Positions 49,985 through 62,935 of a DNA stretch of 64,000 bases are shown here, in pieces. Each line of letters starts with the position of its first letter. The stretch's first letter is position 1. Source of the stretch: Anthoceros angustus (taxonomy: Eukaryota > Plantae > Anthocerotophyta); the NCBI GenBank assembly GCA_010909165.1, contig MU008190.1:531166-595165 (forward strand), written 5' to 3'. The notes beneath the pieces are model-generated. The model was not told the origin of the DNA. It was given only the letters and a program-made list of their open reading frames with translations, and did no database searches. A program made the translations under genes and the position numbers.

Positions 49985-51637
49985 CTCCCACTCACTATGA
50001 ACTAGGGGTGATTTTCGACCAAAAGAGGTCTAGGAAAAACTAGTCTAGTAAAACTAGTCCCTAACTAAACTTTACTTAAAGGCATAAAGTAAAACTTAAG
50101 GTAAAACTGAAAGTAATAATCACTATTAAAATAACTCCCACTTAAGGAGAACGAGATGAGAAACTAATAACCCAACTTAAATAGGTGGAATTAAAACTAA
50201 TTAAAAGTATTTAAGCGGATTTATATATAGAGGAAAATCCAGAAAATACCTAATTTCCGAAAAGGAAAATCAAAAGGATAATGGATAATACCCTTCTTCC
50301 TCAAACTTCACGAAACGATCCCGACAACTTGGTGGTTGGTACATGTGCGGTGATGGCGATGGCGGGAGGGTGGCCGACAAGGCGCTAATCCACCGCGGAG
50401 GAGGCGCCCGTGGCGCCATCGCGCCTGTCCGAGCCCCTCTCGCCCGCGCGGGCGCCGCCGTAGGCGGGCGCGCCTTCCAGCCATGGGCGTCCTTGCGAGC
50501 AAGGGCGCTCACGGGCGCGCTGGCGCCCAAACAAAAGGACGAGGCGCCCCTACACCGATGCATCGATCGTGTCCCTGCGGTGATGAAGAGTCTGCCTCCC
50601 CAGACCTCGTCCTTCCTGCGCCTTTCGTAAAGAAATCTCCGCATTTGTCATTGATCGACCTCATCCTCGGAGGATGAAGCCCGGGATGCCTAAGGATCCT
50701 CGGGGCGCTCCAGCAAGAGGAAAGCGAAGTCCAGTGTAAGATTGCGTCTTCATTTTCGCCATGTCTTCATTTCCGCCATGTCTTCATTTGTGAAGCAATT
50801 TGGATGTGCTCACCAAAAGGGGAGCGCAGCCTAGGTGAGGACGTGCCCTCCCCTCTCAATGAATGATGCTCCGCAAAAAGCCCACCACCTCCAAAAGTGT
50901 TTGTAGGAAAGATTGCTGCCCATCTTATGCTTCTAAGAAGAAGCTATGACACAAGTGGATTACAAGGATGCTAACTTGATGGATAAGAGGTCGACACTTG
51001 TGTGGCGTTTGCGAGATGGGTGGAGACGGCATGGGGAGGATATGACAAGGAAGGGCTGGAAAAGAAAGGTGCAATATATTAAATAAGGGTTATCCGATTT
51101 AAGCATCCTAATTTCTATATGAGTTTTAGGATCGAATAACCTAGCATAAATTTTCTGCAGTTGATGCGTGTAAACACATTTTGTTTCCCTAAGTGTATTA
51201 AAGACAAAAACATGGGCTATTATAAGCGAATTCTACCAAAAGGTGACCAGAAAAATAAAGTATACATACTCACCTTAGGTTTAAGTGAAAAGGAGATGTC
51301 CGGACTCCTATATATGTGAGGAAACTACCATCCACATGATAAAAATAGCAAGTCTCCCATGTGAGGAATTTCCAGGACATATCAAACATATTTTCCGTAG
51401 GTGCCTTTGGTGCTAAGGGAATTTATTGTTTTAATCACATAAATACTGCTTAAATATTATTTTTATTTTTAATATAAATATTCCAGGTTCTATGTTGGCC
51501 GTCTATGAGGAAGGCGGGGATGACCTAAGCTATTTTGAGATAGAAGAAGAAAATGTTCAGAAAAATAGTAAGACAATAATTTTTGGGCTAAGATTTTAAG
51601 GTTATCTTAAATCGGCCCTAAGGCGCTAGGGTGAGTA

Positions 51638-54600
51638 TTAGGTTAAAGGTTTGGACAGTGTGTCCATTATACCCAAACATTTCATGTGTTTCCTATGTAA
51701 CTCAATTCCCAATGACTTTGTTAATAAATCGTGACATTGTCTAAAGTTTGAACATAACTAATATTTATGGTTTGATCTTCTAACTTTTCCCTTATGTAGT
51801 GATACTCAACAGCTATATGTTTAGTTCTAGAATGAAAAACAGATTTCGTGCAAGTGCAATGGCACCACGGCTATCACTAAACAAAGATGTAGGCTTAAGT
51901 TGAGGATGGTGAAGTTCACTCAAAACTAACTGGACCACACTATGTCTTTAGAACCGAGGTTAGTACCACTGCTCGATTTGACAAAGCTATAGTAGGTTGT
52001 TTCTTACTTGACCAGATATTGGTGCTCCTCCTAAGAGTAATACATACACGATCTGATTTTTGGTGTATAGTGCATAGCATCGGATATGCCGTTAGAGTTA
52101 ATGTGTTGATAGCTGGTGTATGCTTGAACATCGATCCTGTACATAGTGCCTTTAAGGTATCGAATATACGCTTAACATCCAAAGGCTCACGTCGGGGTTC
52201 TCCAAGAATTGTGAGCGAGGCGACTTCAAAAGATATATCCGGTCTCGTAAAATTGCATAAATATATTAGAGTGCCAACATGGTATGGAACTGACATTTCT
52301 AGCTTTTCTTCATTGTTTTGGGACTCATATCGAGGTAAGCCTAACACCACTTGCAAAAGGTGTGGGTGCGCTTTGCATCCTCAAGTCCAAATTTAGCTAA
52401 ACTCTCCTTAATATACTTGGTTTGAACTATACTTAGAGTCTTATTACCTCTATTTAGTATAATATTAACACCAAGTGCATATGTCATTTCTCCTAGATCG
52501 GACATCTCAAATAGAGTCCTAAGCCATGCTTTAGTTTCGGCTAGGAGAGTGAGGGAGTTTGTTGCCATAAAAACATCATCAACATAAAGTAGAAGATAAA
52601 ATATATCATTGCGGATATTAGGATGTACATACAAGCATCACCGGCTTTGCTTAAATCCTCTCCCAATAAGTTGTACATGTATGGTTAAGTTCCAATTCTT
52701 GCTGCTTAAGGCCATACAAACCTTTGATGAGTCGGCATACCCAATCTTCTTTGCCTTTGACTTGAAACCCTCGGGTTGTCTCATGTATATTTCCTCTTGC
52801 GGCGCCCATATGTCTTGTCTTAACATCCATCATGTGGAGTTCAAGATCATGTTGGGCACATAAGGCAAATATCATTCAAGTGTGGCAAATTTGGCTAAGG
52901 GCATAAGTGGCCCAAGGTATGTAATCTAGACCAGAATTTGTGTAAACCTCGCTACTAGGCGTGCCTTATACCTTTCTATAGAACCATCTCCTTTTCTTTT
53001 AATTTTGAATACCCATTTGCTGGTTACTATCTTCCTACCCCTAGGTGGTTTGACCAATTCCATGTAGAGTTATTAACTAGGGAATTATATTCGAATCTCT
53101 ACCTTCCATAAGTCTTTTCGAGAAGAGAAAGCTTGTTTTAAGGTAAGAGGTTCTTCCGGGTCTATAGTTGCCTTGTAGACGCTTGAGAATAAAGTGATAT
53201 AGGGGTATAGGATCATCAAAAAGCTAGGTATCCTAAAGGAGGTTCCTTCCAACAACTGGGACTGAGATAGTAGGTCGGGATCTAAGGTTGTACCTTTGTG
53301 CAGTGCATCATCCACAGGCGGGATCGCGGATCTGGCTCCACAATGTCATCCTCCGAGGGTCATCAAACTCATCATCATGAGTGTCAATGGCGCCTCTGCT
53401 GGGATGTCAACATCATCGTTGAGTTGTACCAGTTGTGGAATAGATGCTAACTCCTCCTCCTCATAATAGGTTCAACTAAAGGAACACGAGAAGCGAGGAA
53501 TGGGAAATGGAGTGAAATAATCAAAATATCATCAAAATAAGAAGGGTCAATGGTCTCATCAAGAGGAGGACCAAGCCTATCGCTCCCACTGGGGAAAAGA
53601 GGTAAGACTCATGAAAAGTAACACTCGTATAAAAGTTGCCTTGTAGAAGGGTTGAACAATTTGTACCTTTGATACCTTGGTGTAGCCAATGAAAGTGTAC
53701 TTAGCTTTGGGATCCAACTTCTTACGCAATGCTTTGGGAATAAAAACATATGCGGGATCCAAAAATTGAAGGTGGTCAATAGAAGGCTTCTTGCCAATGA
53801 ATGCTTCATATGGAGTCATACCTTGAACGCGATGTAGGCAATCGATTCATGAGATAGGTTCGTTAGGAGGGCCTCGCCCAATAAGCCTTAGATAACTTAG
53901 CTTGTACCAATAAGCAACCTGTGATCTCTTGGGCGTAGATTCTTGTTCTCGGCTCGCCATTTTGTTGAGGAGTGTAGACAAGCGTAAGTTGTTGAGCTAT
54001 ACCTTCATCGACAAAATCCTCAAATTCGATGATGTAAACTCTCCACCATTGTCGGACGTAAGGTCTTGAGTTTGTGATCGTAAGTCTCTCACCCATTTCA
54101 TGTAGTCCTTGAAGAAGTGAAAGGCATCACTCTTGTTTTCGGGATGTAGGAAAAGACAAAGCAGAAATCATCGTGAAGGTCAAAAATATCTACTACCACT
54201 AAAGGAGGGTGTAGACAAGGGTCCACAAATGTCTGTGCACTATCTCTAAAGGTGACTTGGCCCTTTGTGGAGATTTATTTTTGAAAGGCTCTTGATGTCG
54301 TTTAGTGAGGACACAAGATTCGCACCAAGGTAGGTGTTCAACCTTTGCAAGGCAAGGGTTCTATATAAAGCTCCCTTAGACATTTGGATTAATTTTTGAC
54401 TATTAGGATGACCAAGGCGACAATGCCAAAGCATGGTTTGGGTAGGTGTCGCTGGGTTTGGAATGGCAACATTAGCAGAATGGGTGGCTCCCACTTGTCT
54501 TCGACAATCTATAGAGACCATCATCTAAAGTGCACATGCGATTGTATAGTTTCTATCACTTATGAAGAGAGAAGACAACTATCGCATAAAGGATCACTGC

Positions 54601-55780
54601 AGAGTGTGTTCTTGACAAAGACTTGCGGTGATACTAGATTCTTGCACATTGAAGGAACATGGAGGACGTGATGAAGATGAAGAACGACTGAATCACACTT
54701 GAATACAATCAACCGACACCCAATGGGTAGGTTGTGATCATCTCGGAGGACGGGCGTCCTGTGGTGGTGAGTAAGACTCAAAAGAGTTTCATTGTAACAA
54801 ATATGTGAAGTAGCTCCACTGTCTAAGTACCATGAGGTATTGGAGGGCTTGGAAGAAGCCAAGCACACAGTGAGCACTGCTGGAGTTGAGGAAGATTGTT
54901 TCTTCGCTGCAACGTTAGCTCCAGGTGGGGCCTCCTTCCGAGGTTCCCCATTCTTCTTCTTACGACAATCCTTTTCCATGTGATTTGGGATTCTGCACCA
55001 ATTACATATAATCCCAGTCTTCTTGTTACCTCTTGCAGGTGTTGAAGAAGATGCCTCTCCATCTTGGAAAGTATGTGCAGGATATGGGGGTCGTTGGAAA
55101 GTAGAACCTCGGCCTCTGCCTCGTCCTCTTCCTCTACCCCTTTGTGAATACATCACCTGCTGCTTGTTGGCTCTGGAGTGATGATGACGTCTGCCTCCTC
55201 CCTAGCAATGCTCCAATAAGTTCGGAAACACGATGTCCGGCTCTTCATTTGGATCTTCATCTGCGCTTTTCGACATTGCGAATCGCATTTTGAGTTGTAA
55301 TGAAAGCCCTATAAGAAGGTGGCAATGAAGATAAGAGAATGACGTAAGCCTCCATCTACGAGATAGGTACGCCATTGAAGATTCCAAATGGGATCGTGCC
55401 AATCGAAATGCATTAACATGATGTTCGATGGTGTCGGACTCCTTCATTGAGAGGTTGCGGAAGTTACGTGAAGAACAATACTCATTACATCTCGAGATGA
55501 ATATAATTGAGCAAGGTGAGTCCACATATCCTTGGAGGTCTTTGCGTGTGCGACATGTCTCACCATATGTTGAGAAAGTCCACTGACCAATAAATCTTGT
55601 GCCTTCTCGTCCTGGCGTCCGGAAGGTTGAAGTTCACGTTCAAATCGGGCGTGTGGCCTTGGAATTGATCCATCGACGATGCCCCAAAGGTCTCTTTGCC
55701 GCAAAGCTCCTCGCATTCTCAATGACCGGATGTCATAATCCCTTCCATTGAATCTATCTTTCTCTTTGAAAGCTCACCAT
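51638..55780 (-). pseudogene. pol: Copia B gag-pol, frameshifted in this assembly
   Basis: DLWGIVDGS (Gag), ICNWCRIPNHMEKDC (knuckle), WYLDSGATSHI (PR), LWHCRLGH, YTPQQNG (IN), LLLYVDDV (RT), WSSKKQPTIALS (RH). Confidence 0.93.
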
Positions 55781-56632
55781 AATGATAATGCAATGAAGTG
55801 TTAGCATTATCATTACCCAATGGGAATTAGGAGCAGTTTGTTCTTCATTATTGATCACTCCAGCCATTGTAGGTGATTTAGAGGACTAGGCCTCGCGGTA
55901 CACCTCTCATCTTCTTTATTGCACGAAACTCTTCTCTTGCATCATAGTCGATTCGGATGATGATAGCATGCTCTCAAATCTCGCATTATCAACCTTAGAG
56001 AGAATAGACAATTTTGTCCTTAATTCAGATAATTCTCCCTTAAGATCAAAGGATTGGATTCTAAGAGTTGCTAATTGACTATCAATTTCTTGAATCTAAG
56101 AGTTTCTATGCTATTTTGTCTTGCAGACTAGAAGATAAAGGAGTACTAATACCGATTCAAATTTGGGATATGTTGGAGCTAATTCTAATGCCTTGACGTG
56201 AATTGGACTAAAACTTCTAGCAAATCACGCCTAGCTAGCTTGATAAACTTCCCTTGATCCGGTTTAGAAATTAAAATAGATGCAATGAAGTTTGCTATAC
56301 AAGAGGAGGTTTCTACTATCTCTCCCTCTATAGCTTGTTGTCTTCTATTGCTTCTATGTGTTGGGCTCCTAATTTGTTCTTGTTGTCTTGCAGACTACTT
56401 CTCTTCTTAACTCTATGCCTTCTCCTTCTAAGGGAACACAAATCCATGGAGGAAGAACAAAGAATTAGTGCATAAAAGCATTGTTAGAAGAGAAATGTTA
56501 GCATAAAGAATGCATGCAAAGATAGCAATTCTAGGATAAACACAATCCATCTAGGCAAATGCTAGATTAGAAAGTGTCTCCTAGATAAGCTACTTAGATG
56601 CATGAGGATGCAAGCAAACAAAGAGCAAGTGT

Positions 56633-56643
56633 GCTCGATACCA
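56633..56643 (-). other. Copia B PBS (tRNA-iMet type, TGGTATC-GAGC)
   Basis: Adjacent to the 5' LTR; one base short of the TGGTATCAGAGC consensus. Confidence 0.85.
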
Positions 56644-56870
56644 TGATGAGAATCATACACAAGCTCTAGCAATATGTGTTGCATTACATTCATAATAGAA
56701 AGTACATGTGTGTGTGCTATGTGAGGAGTGGTTGTAACCAATAAGTGGTTGTAACAACTAACCAATTAAATAACTACTAAAAGAAACTACCTAGAGCCCT
56801 AAGGACTAAATTAATTATTAAGTCCTAGGTGCCCTAGTGAAGAGTGCCCTAATAGTAAGCTATTTTATCA
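56644..56870 (-). repeat. Copia B 5' LTR (227 bp)
   Basis: Matches 49761-49984. Confidence 0.93.
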
Positions 56871-59493
56871 GATGATAGGCAGGCCCTCATGCAAGTCCAA
56901 CCGGAAGCCTTAGACTTGGAGAGTGTCCCAAGCAACATGGGTGAAGAAACTTCAGAGGCAGTGAGCGGGGAAGCTGCAGGTGGAGAATCACCCCGGAAGG
57001 GGTAAGGAAGAAGAAACGACCCGGTAGGAACTCCTACCGTGGTAGGAGGAGTTCCTACCGTGGTAGGGAGGTCCTACCATGGTAGGAGAAGGTCCTACCA
57101 TGGTAGGAGGCGGAAGAAGCGGATTCAAGCTCGCTAGCATGGATTTGACGCAAGGGAGGCGAGTACCTTGGCCCTTGCGGAAAGAAGAAGAGGGGTTGAT
57201 CTTGCGGGAATGGAGCAAGAATCACAAGGAGAAGACCAACCTCCTAACATGGGTGCGGAGGAGCTCACTTGCTCCACAAGTGAGAGGAAGAGGAGAAGTC
57301 GAGGATGAGCCGGTGGCTAAGAGAGCCCGGCTATTTTATTGGAGGAAGGAACTCAAGATAGGCATCAAGATAAGGAAGGGATTCATAAGAAGTCCTTAAA
57401 TTAGCTTGAAGACATGGGGCAAGATGCCACTTGGGAAGACTTTTCTTTAGAGGAGGCGAGTACCTTGGCCCTTGCAGAAAGAAGAGGGGTTGATCTTGCA
57501 GAATGGAGCAAGAATCACAAGGAGAAGACCAACCTCCTAACATGGGTGCAGGAGTAAGGAGCTCACTTGCTCCACAAGTGAGAGGAAGAGGAGAAGTCGA
57601 GGATGAGCCAAGGCTAAGAGAGCCCGGCTATTTTATTGGAGGAAGGAACTCAAGATAGGCATCAAGATAAGGAAGGGATTCATAAGAAGTCCTTAAATTA
57701 GCTTGAAGACATGGGGCAAGATGCCACTTGGGAAGACTTTTCTTTAGAGGAGGACAGCATTAATGCTTGTCACCGAGAGTGTGTTGACTAGCTAGATAGG
57801 AATGTTGACAGAGCCATTAAGGCTCACATAGGTGGAATTTGCTAGAATAGAATTTTACCCAAGATGCTTGGATGTCGAACTTAAAGTCGATAGGATACAC
57901 TAAAATAAGGAGTAAGGTGCCGGAGGCGAGGCTGTATGTGAGGACCTCCCTATAAAAGGAGGAGCTTGTGAAGTAAAATTATCGTGTCTTGCGCTCCCAT
58001 CCTCCGAGTCCTTCACTTTGTGGGAATTTCGTGCGCAGCCAACGCAGTCTGTAGAGAGGGAGAACGCGGTCGAGTCTGGGCGGAGGGATTGCTCTTTGCA
58101 GGCACCCTGTGCTCCCTTGTGAATGGTTGCGTGAATTGTTTTGCTTTGAGTGTGTGGCGATGCTCAAGGAACTCTCGGCTTGAGGATGGTGCAGGAGTAA
58201 GGAGCTCACTTGCTCCACAAGTGAGAGGAAGAGGAGAAGTTGAGGATGAGCCAGTGGCTAAGAGAGCCCGGGCTATTTTATTGGAGGAAGGAACTCAAGA
58301 TAGGCATCAAGATAAGGAAGGGATTCATAAGAAGTCCTTAAATTAGCTTGAAGACATGGGGCAAGATGCCACTTGGGAAGACTTTTCTTTAGAGGAGGAC
58401 AGCATTAATGCTTGTCACCGAGAGTGTGTTGACTAGCTAGATAGGAATGTTGACAGAGCCATTAAGGCTCACATAGGTGGAATTTGCTAGAATAGAATTT
58501 TACCCAAGATGCTTGGATGTCGAACTTAAAGTCGACAATAGGATACACTAAAATAAGGAGGCAAAGGCTGGAGGGCGCCTGTGGGAGGTATGTGAGGACC
58601 TCCCTATAAAAGGAGGGAGCTTGTGAAGTAAAATTATCGTGTCTTGCGCTCCCATCCTCCGAGTCCTTCACTTTGTGCAGTGAATTTCGCGGCCGCAAGC
58701 CAACGCAAAGGTCCGGTAGAGAGGGAGAACGCGGTCGGAGGGGCGGAGGGCTTGCTCTGCACCTCGCTAGCGCTCCCTTGTGAATGGTTGTTGTGTGAGT
58801 TGTTTTGCTTTGAGTGTGTGGCGATGCTCAAGGAACTCTCGGCTTGAGGGTAGACTGCAGGGAAAGACTCCCTAGAGGTTCTCACTGTCTAGTACAAACC
58901 ACATAGCAACCGGCCCAAGGAAGAACTCGTTAATTTCCGGACGGACCCCAGGCAGTTGTGCCGTAAGGGCGAGTTGGAATTAATGAGCCAACAATCGGTG
59001 TTAGAGTAGGAGATTGTGGAAGGAGGAAGGTTAGATGAGTAGAGAAGAAGAGAGCGTTGTTGATTGAGAAGGTTGTGAGGAGAATTAGAGCGTAGGAAAA
59101 GCGGAGGCCATAGGCGAGCCTAAGGGACGAATCCCAACTGCAAGTAAGAGGGCGCCCCTGTGGAGAAGAGTGTCTTAGGAGTAGGGACGGTTGCGGTGTG
59201 GGTCGGGTCCCACAGGCGCCCGTGATAGCTGCCTTTTGTTAAGGCGTGACACCTGGTGTGTGGTGTCGTTGTAGGTTGAGGCTTGGTGAATTCTGAGCGC
59301 AGGCGTGGGCGCTGGCAGGGAGGCGTGAGGGCGCCTTGCTTGTTTAGAAGGCTGAGGTGGTGTGTAGGTGCGGTGTGTGGTTCTCAAGATTGATTGTTCC
59401 CCAAGTCTCATGGGACGAAACCCAGCGTCTGGCAGCGGGTGGGATAAGTGTGGCCGCTAGAGGGTGCATCTGGAGCCCCGGATGCCTCCCACA

Positions 59494-59498
59494 AAGAG
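59494..59498 (+). repeat. Right target-site duplication AAGAG of the Gypsy element
   Basis: Identical to 33390-33394. Confidence 0.92.
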
Positions 59499-60570
59499 TC
59501 GACTGAATCACATCGAGTGCAGTGAACCTAGGCGGCTATGGGAAGGTTGTGATCATCGCCCAGAGAACACTTTCGGATGTCCTGTGGCGGTGTATGACTC
59601 AAGGAGTCTTTGTTGAGCAGATATGTGATGTTGCTCCACTGTCCATATACCAATAAGCGGTGGCCGGCTTAGAGGATGCAAGACAAATAGTGAGCACACG
59701 TGTTGTTGATGAAGAGTGTTTCTTCGAAGCAACATGAGCGGCAGGCGGGGCCTCTGATCTAGGTTCCCCATTCTTCTTCTTTCTACAGTCCTTTTCCATG
59801 TGATTAGGAATTTTGCACCAATTACAAATAAGTCCAATCTTTTTGTTACCCCTGGAAGGCGTGGAAGAGCTGGATTCGCCATGAGATTTGTTTGGTGTGG
59901 AATAAGCAGGTCTATTGGAAGGAGAACTTTTGCCGCGTCCTTTCCTCTGCCTCTTCCAGCATACATCACATGTTGTCGGCTGGACTTGGGCTCATGGCGG
60001 TGACTGGACTCCTCCTGAATCATGGCTCCGATGAGTTCTGCGACATTGATGTCGAGGTCGTCGTCTGCATCGAAGCCGCCCGAATTCTTTTGGGCTTGTC
60101 GAACCACGCTCGTGTGGTGAGAAATGGTGGGAGGTGGGAGGGATATCAAGAGAACAAGGAATGCAACAAGTTCGGAGGCGGAGGTGTTGGTGGCGACTTC
60201 ATATTGAGATCTAGCTTGGCGAAAGTGTTCATATGGTGTTCGTGATTCCTTCATCTTGATTGAAGAGGTTGCGCATCGCGGTCATCATACTCATCACATC
60301 TCTTGAAGAATATAAGCGAGCAAGGTGATCCCACATCTGTTTAGAAGTTTTGCTTGGCATTGTCTTACCATGTTAAGTGCTAGTCCACCGATCGGAGGTC
60401 TTGAGCTTTTTCATCCAGCGTCCCGGTTTCTTTGCTCTCGGATCCCACATGTGCGGTGTGGACCCACTTACAACGTCCCATAGGTCTCGATTGCGGAAAA
60501 GTGCACGCGTCGCGCGTAAACGTCGTCCTTTGCCCATTGAATCATCCTTCTCCTTAAAAGCTGTCACCAT
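59499..60570 (-). pseudogene. gag: Copia A gag-protease
   Basis: ORFs 60373..60570, 59553..60254 and 59599..59799. Confidence 0.85.
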
Positions 60571-61421
60571 AGTTGTGATTCACCACGGAAGGTCGTACTT
60601 CATCTTTGGGTGGATCCTTCCTCTCCTCTCTCTCTCTCTTGTCGTCATGTTGTTGTTTCTCCTCTAGATTCGTCCGCGTCGGAACCGGCCATTGCGGTGG
60701 TCACTCGCAACTTAAGAGGCTAAGGGCCTACGCATTTCCTCATCATCATGCATGAAATACTGGGCGGAAGGAGCAAGGCAAGGAGGAATCTTTTCTCTAC
60801 TGGCGTGTTTGTCAGGATGACAAGCGATAAAGAGAAAGTTTGATGATGGTTTCGACAAGATGTTATGCTCAGGCGCTCATTGAGATCACGCACTTCTCTT
60901 GATAACTCCTCTATGCTTAATCTGCGTTGTTGTGAACCTGCATTGGAGAAGAAAGAGGACACCTTGTAGATTTGGGATATGATCAAGAGCGAGTTCTATT
61001 GCTTTCACTTGACTTAAACTAAAGATAGTAAGCAAGTTTCTTCTAGCAATTTCTATTTGCCTCCTTGATCTTCTACTTTGATTAGAATAGAGCCAATGAA
61101 GTTAGCAATAAGTATGGAATCTCCTACTATCGGCTATACTTCCTAGCAATTCTAATCTTTGCATTCCTGTATTCTATATCTTGTCTTGCAGCCTTAATCT
61201 TCTTCCAATAGCCTTGCGAGGATTAAAAGAATCCATCGCATTGGAGCAAGGATTGGATGCAGTGTGCATTATTGAAGATTAGGGAACACGCAAACATGAC
61301 AGCAATCTTTGGCATGCAATCTAAAGAATCTATACATCTTCTAAAAAGAAATGAAGAAGAAGATGAAGAAGAAGAGTAGATCAGCATGTCAAGTTGCCCA
61401 ATGCAAATAGAGAGCAGCGAT

Positions 61422-61433
61422 GCTCTGATACCA
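61422..61433 (-). other. Copia A PBS TGGTATCAGAGC (tRNA-iMet)
   Basis: Exact consensus next to the LTR. Confidence 0.93.
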
Positions 61434-61715
61434 TGATGAGAATCATAGCTGCTCTAGATAGCAAAACATAGCAAACAGATAGTAGAAAGCTTTGCACAAA
61501 AGAGTTGTATGCATTAATTATAATAGAAAGTACAAAGCCTTTATATAGGCTAGGTGGTTATAACCATAAGGTGGTTGTAACCATAAGTAGTTCTAACCTC
61601 TAGGTGGTTGTAACAACTAACTACTAAATAAACTACCTAAAGCCCTAAGAACTAAATTAATTAATAGTCTTAGGTGCCCTAGTGAAGAGTGCCCTAAATA
61701 GGTCATATTTCATCA
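61434..61715 (-). repeat. Copia A 5' LTR (282 bp)
   Basis: TG..CA termini; near-identical to 22061-22336 and related to the Copia B LTR. Confidence 0.9.
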
Positions 61716-62420
61716 GTATCCTCCGCTCACCTTCCCTCATGTTCCCCAGTTACACTACCGTACAACCGACGCACGCACAAGCACTGGATGAGGAATGGCG
61801 ATGGCAATTTCGACAGGGGGGAGGTGTACGTATTGACAAGCGGGGAGGACAGTGTGCAGTGGCTGGATGCAAATGGAGTGGTGTGTGAGGTGGACAATGA
61901 TGCATTGGTGACAGCCTTGATAACAATCCCGTTTGCACCTTACGGTGCTTGGTTTAGCGTTGTGTGTTCCGATGAGGCGGGTTGCGCTCCGTGTTCGTCA
62001 CGGTCCGTCCGGCCCCTCTACACCTCTCGATGGCCTTCCGCGCTCCGGCCTGGCGGCCGCCGATGTCCTGCCCTTGAAGAGCAAGTATCGCGGCTTCTCC
62101 ACACCTGCAATCACCACCCAATGTTAGGGGGTTCATCACCAGACCTTGGATAGTTCTCTACGGAGTAGTCCGCGCGCTCGTTGGCTCGAGACTCGCGCTA
62201 GCACTTGACTCTCAGGAGCCTGAATGTACAACGCGATATCAACCCCAAAAGAAAAATGATATTACTGGGACGGTAAACCCCCTCTCATATTGCTTCCCAA
62301 GGCAGTGCCTTTATTACATCCCTAAAATTGGCTTTTCCACCAGCTACCTCTACACATACAAGTGATGCCAGATCTCTGCGCGTGTCTACCTACGTCTCCT
62401 GCGGTGAGGCTATTGTTGAC
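61716..62420 (-). mobile_element. Probable L1-like LINE ORF1 remnant (target of Copia A)
   Basis: PPPCRNCHRHSSSSAC knuckle-like motif; colinear DNA similarity to ~29700-30000. Confidence 0.4.
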
Positions 62421-62749
62421 TGCGGCTGACTCCCAACTCTGGCAGCCCAATCCCTAACTCTGGTGCCTAAGGAGCGCCCAATCTGATTATTCTTGACCCC
62501 TGCACCCCCGCAGAAGCTCTACCCCTTCCTCGAATCTGGTCAGGCTATGCCACCGGGGGTGGGCTGACAACCGCTGTCACTATTAAATCTTCCTCCGGCT
62601 CAGCTGACAGCTACACTGGGATCTTCGCGCTGCCCCCTTGTGCTATGGTGGGTCCCCTACCCCCGGGTTCGTCCAAGGTCTGTCTGCCTTGGGCTTGTTG
62701 GGTCTGTTCCCCAACCAAGTCCCCCCCTTAACGTTGGAGGGCGGACTTC

Positions 62750-62935
62750 TGGGTCCGCCCCACCACAGGAGTCCAGACTTCCGGGTCCGTCCCCATATCA
62801 AGAGTACGGACTTAAAGGTCCGGCCTCACCTCAGGGGTCTAGAGCTCTTAGTCCCGACCCGCCTCAGGAGTCTGGACCTCTAAGTCCGGACCCGCCTCAG
62901 GAGTCTGGACCTCTAAGTCCGGACCCACCTCTTGA
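62750..62935. repeat. 33-bp tandem repeat, ~5-6 units
   Basis: agtcc(c/g)gacccgcctcaggagtctggacctcta twice, plus one partial and three degenerate units. Confidence 0.8.

Larger units (their letters stand above)
49761..56870 (-). mobile_element. Full-length Ty1/Copia element B (~7.1 kb), TSD GATGA (49756-49760 and 56871-56875)
   Basis: Near-identical TG..CA LTRs, tRNA-iMet-type PBS, PPT, gag-PR-IN-RT-RH. Confidence 0.95.
47465..57404 (+). pseudogene. U3 ORF copy in the 3' LTR, disrupted by Copia B at ..GPHDD|DR
   Basis: ORFs 47411..47854, 47973..48380 and 49585..; the sequence resumes at 56876. Confidence 0.75.
33395..59493 (+). mobile_element. Full-length Athila-like Ty3/Gypsy LTR retrotransposon with ~5.2 kb ORF-containing LTRs
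   Basis: TGTGG...CCACA termini, 5-bp TSD, tRNA-Asp PBS, PPT, PR-RT-RH-IN order, no chromodomain seen. Confidence 0.95.
46218..59493 (+). repeat. Gypsy 3' LTR, interrupted by Copia B and by local duplications at ~57150-58850
   Basis: Colinear with the 5' LTR over 46218-49760 and 56876-59493; ends CCTCCCACA before the TSD. Confidence 0.92.
59499..61715 (-). mobile_element. Ty1/Copia element A, 5' part (LTR, PBS, leader, gag, protease)
   Basis: RDLWDVVSGS, MEKDCRKKKNGEPR and WYMDSGATSHI motifs; continues the Copia sequence broken at 33394. Confidence 0.92.

Noticed and set aside
22061-61715. One intact Copia A bounded by these two LTRs
   Set aside because: The flanking 5-mers differ and the 3' internal region is duplicated. 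Not supportable, though noise at 22061 leaves it open.
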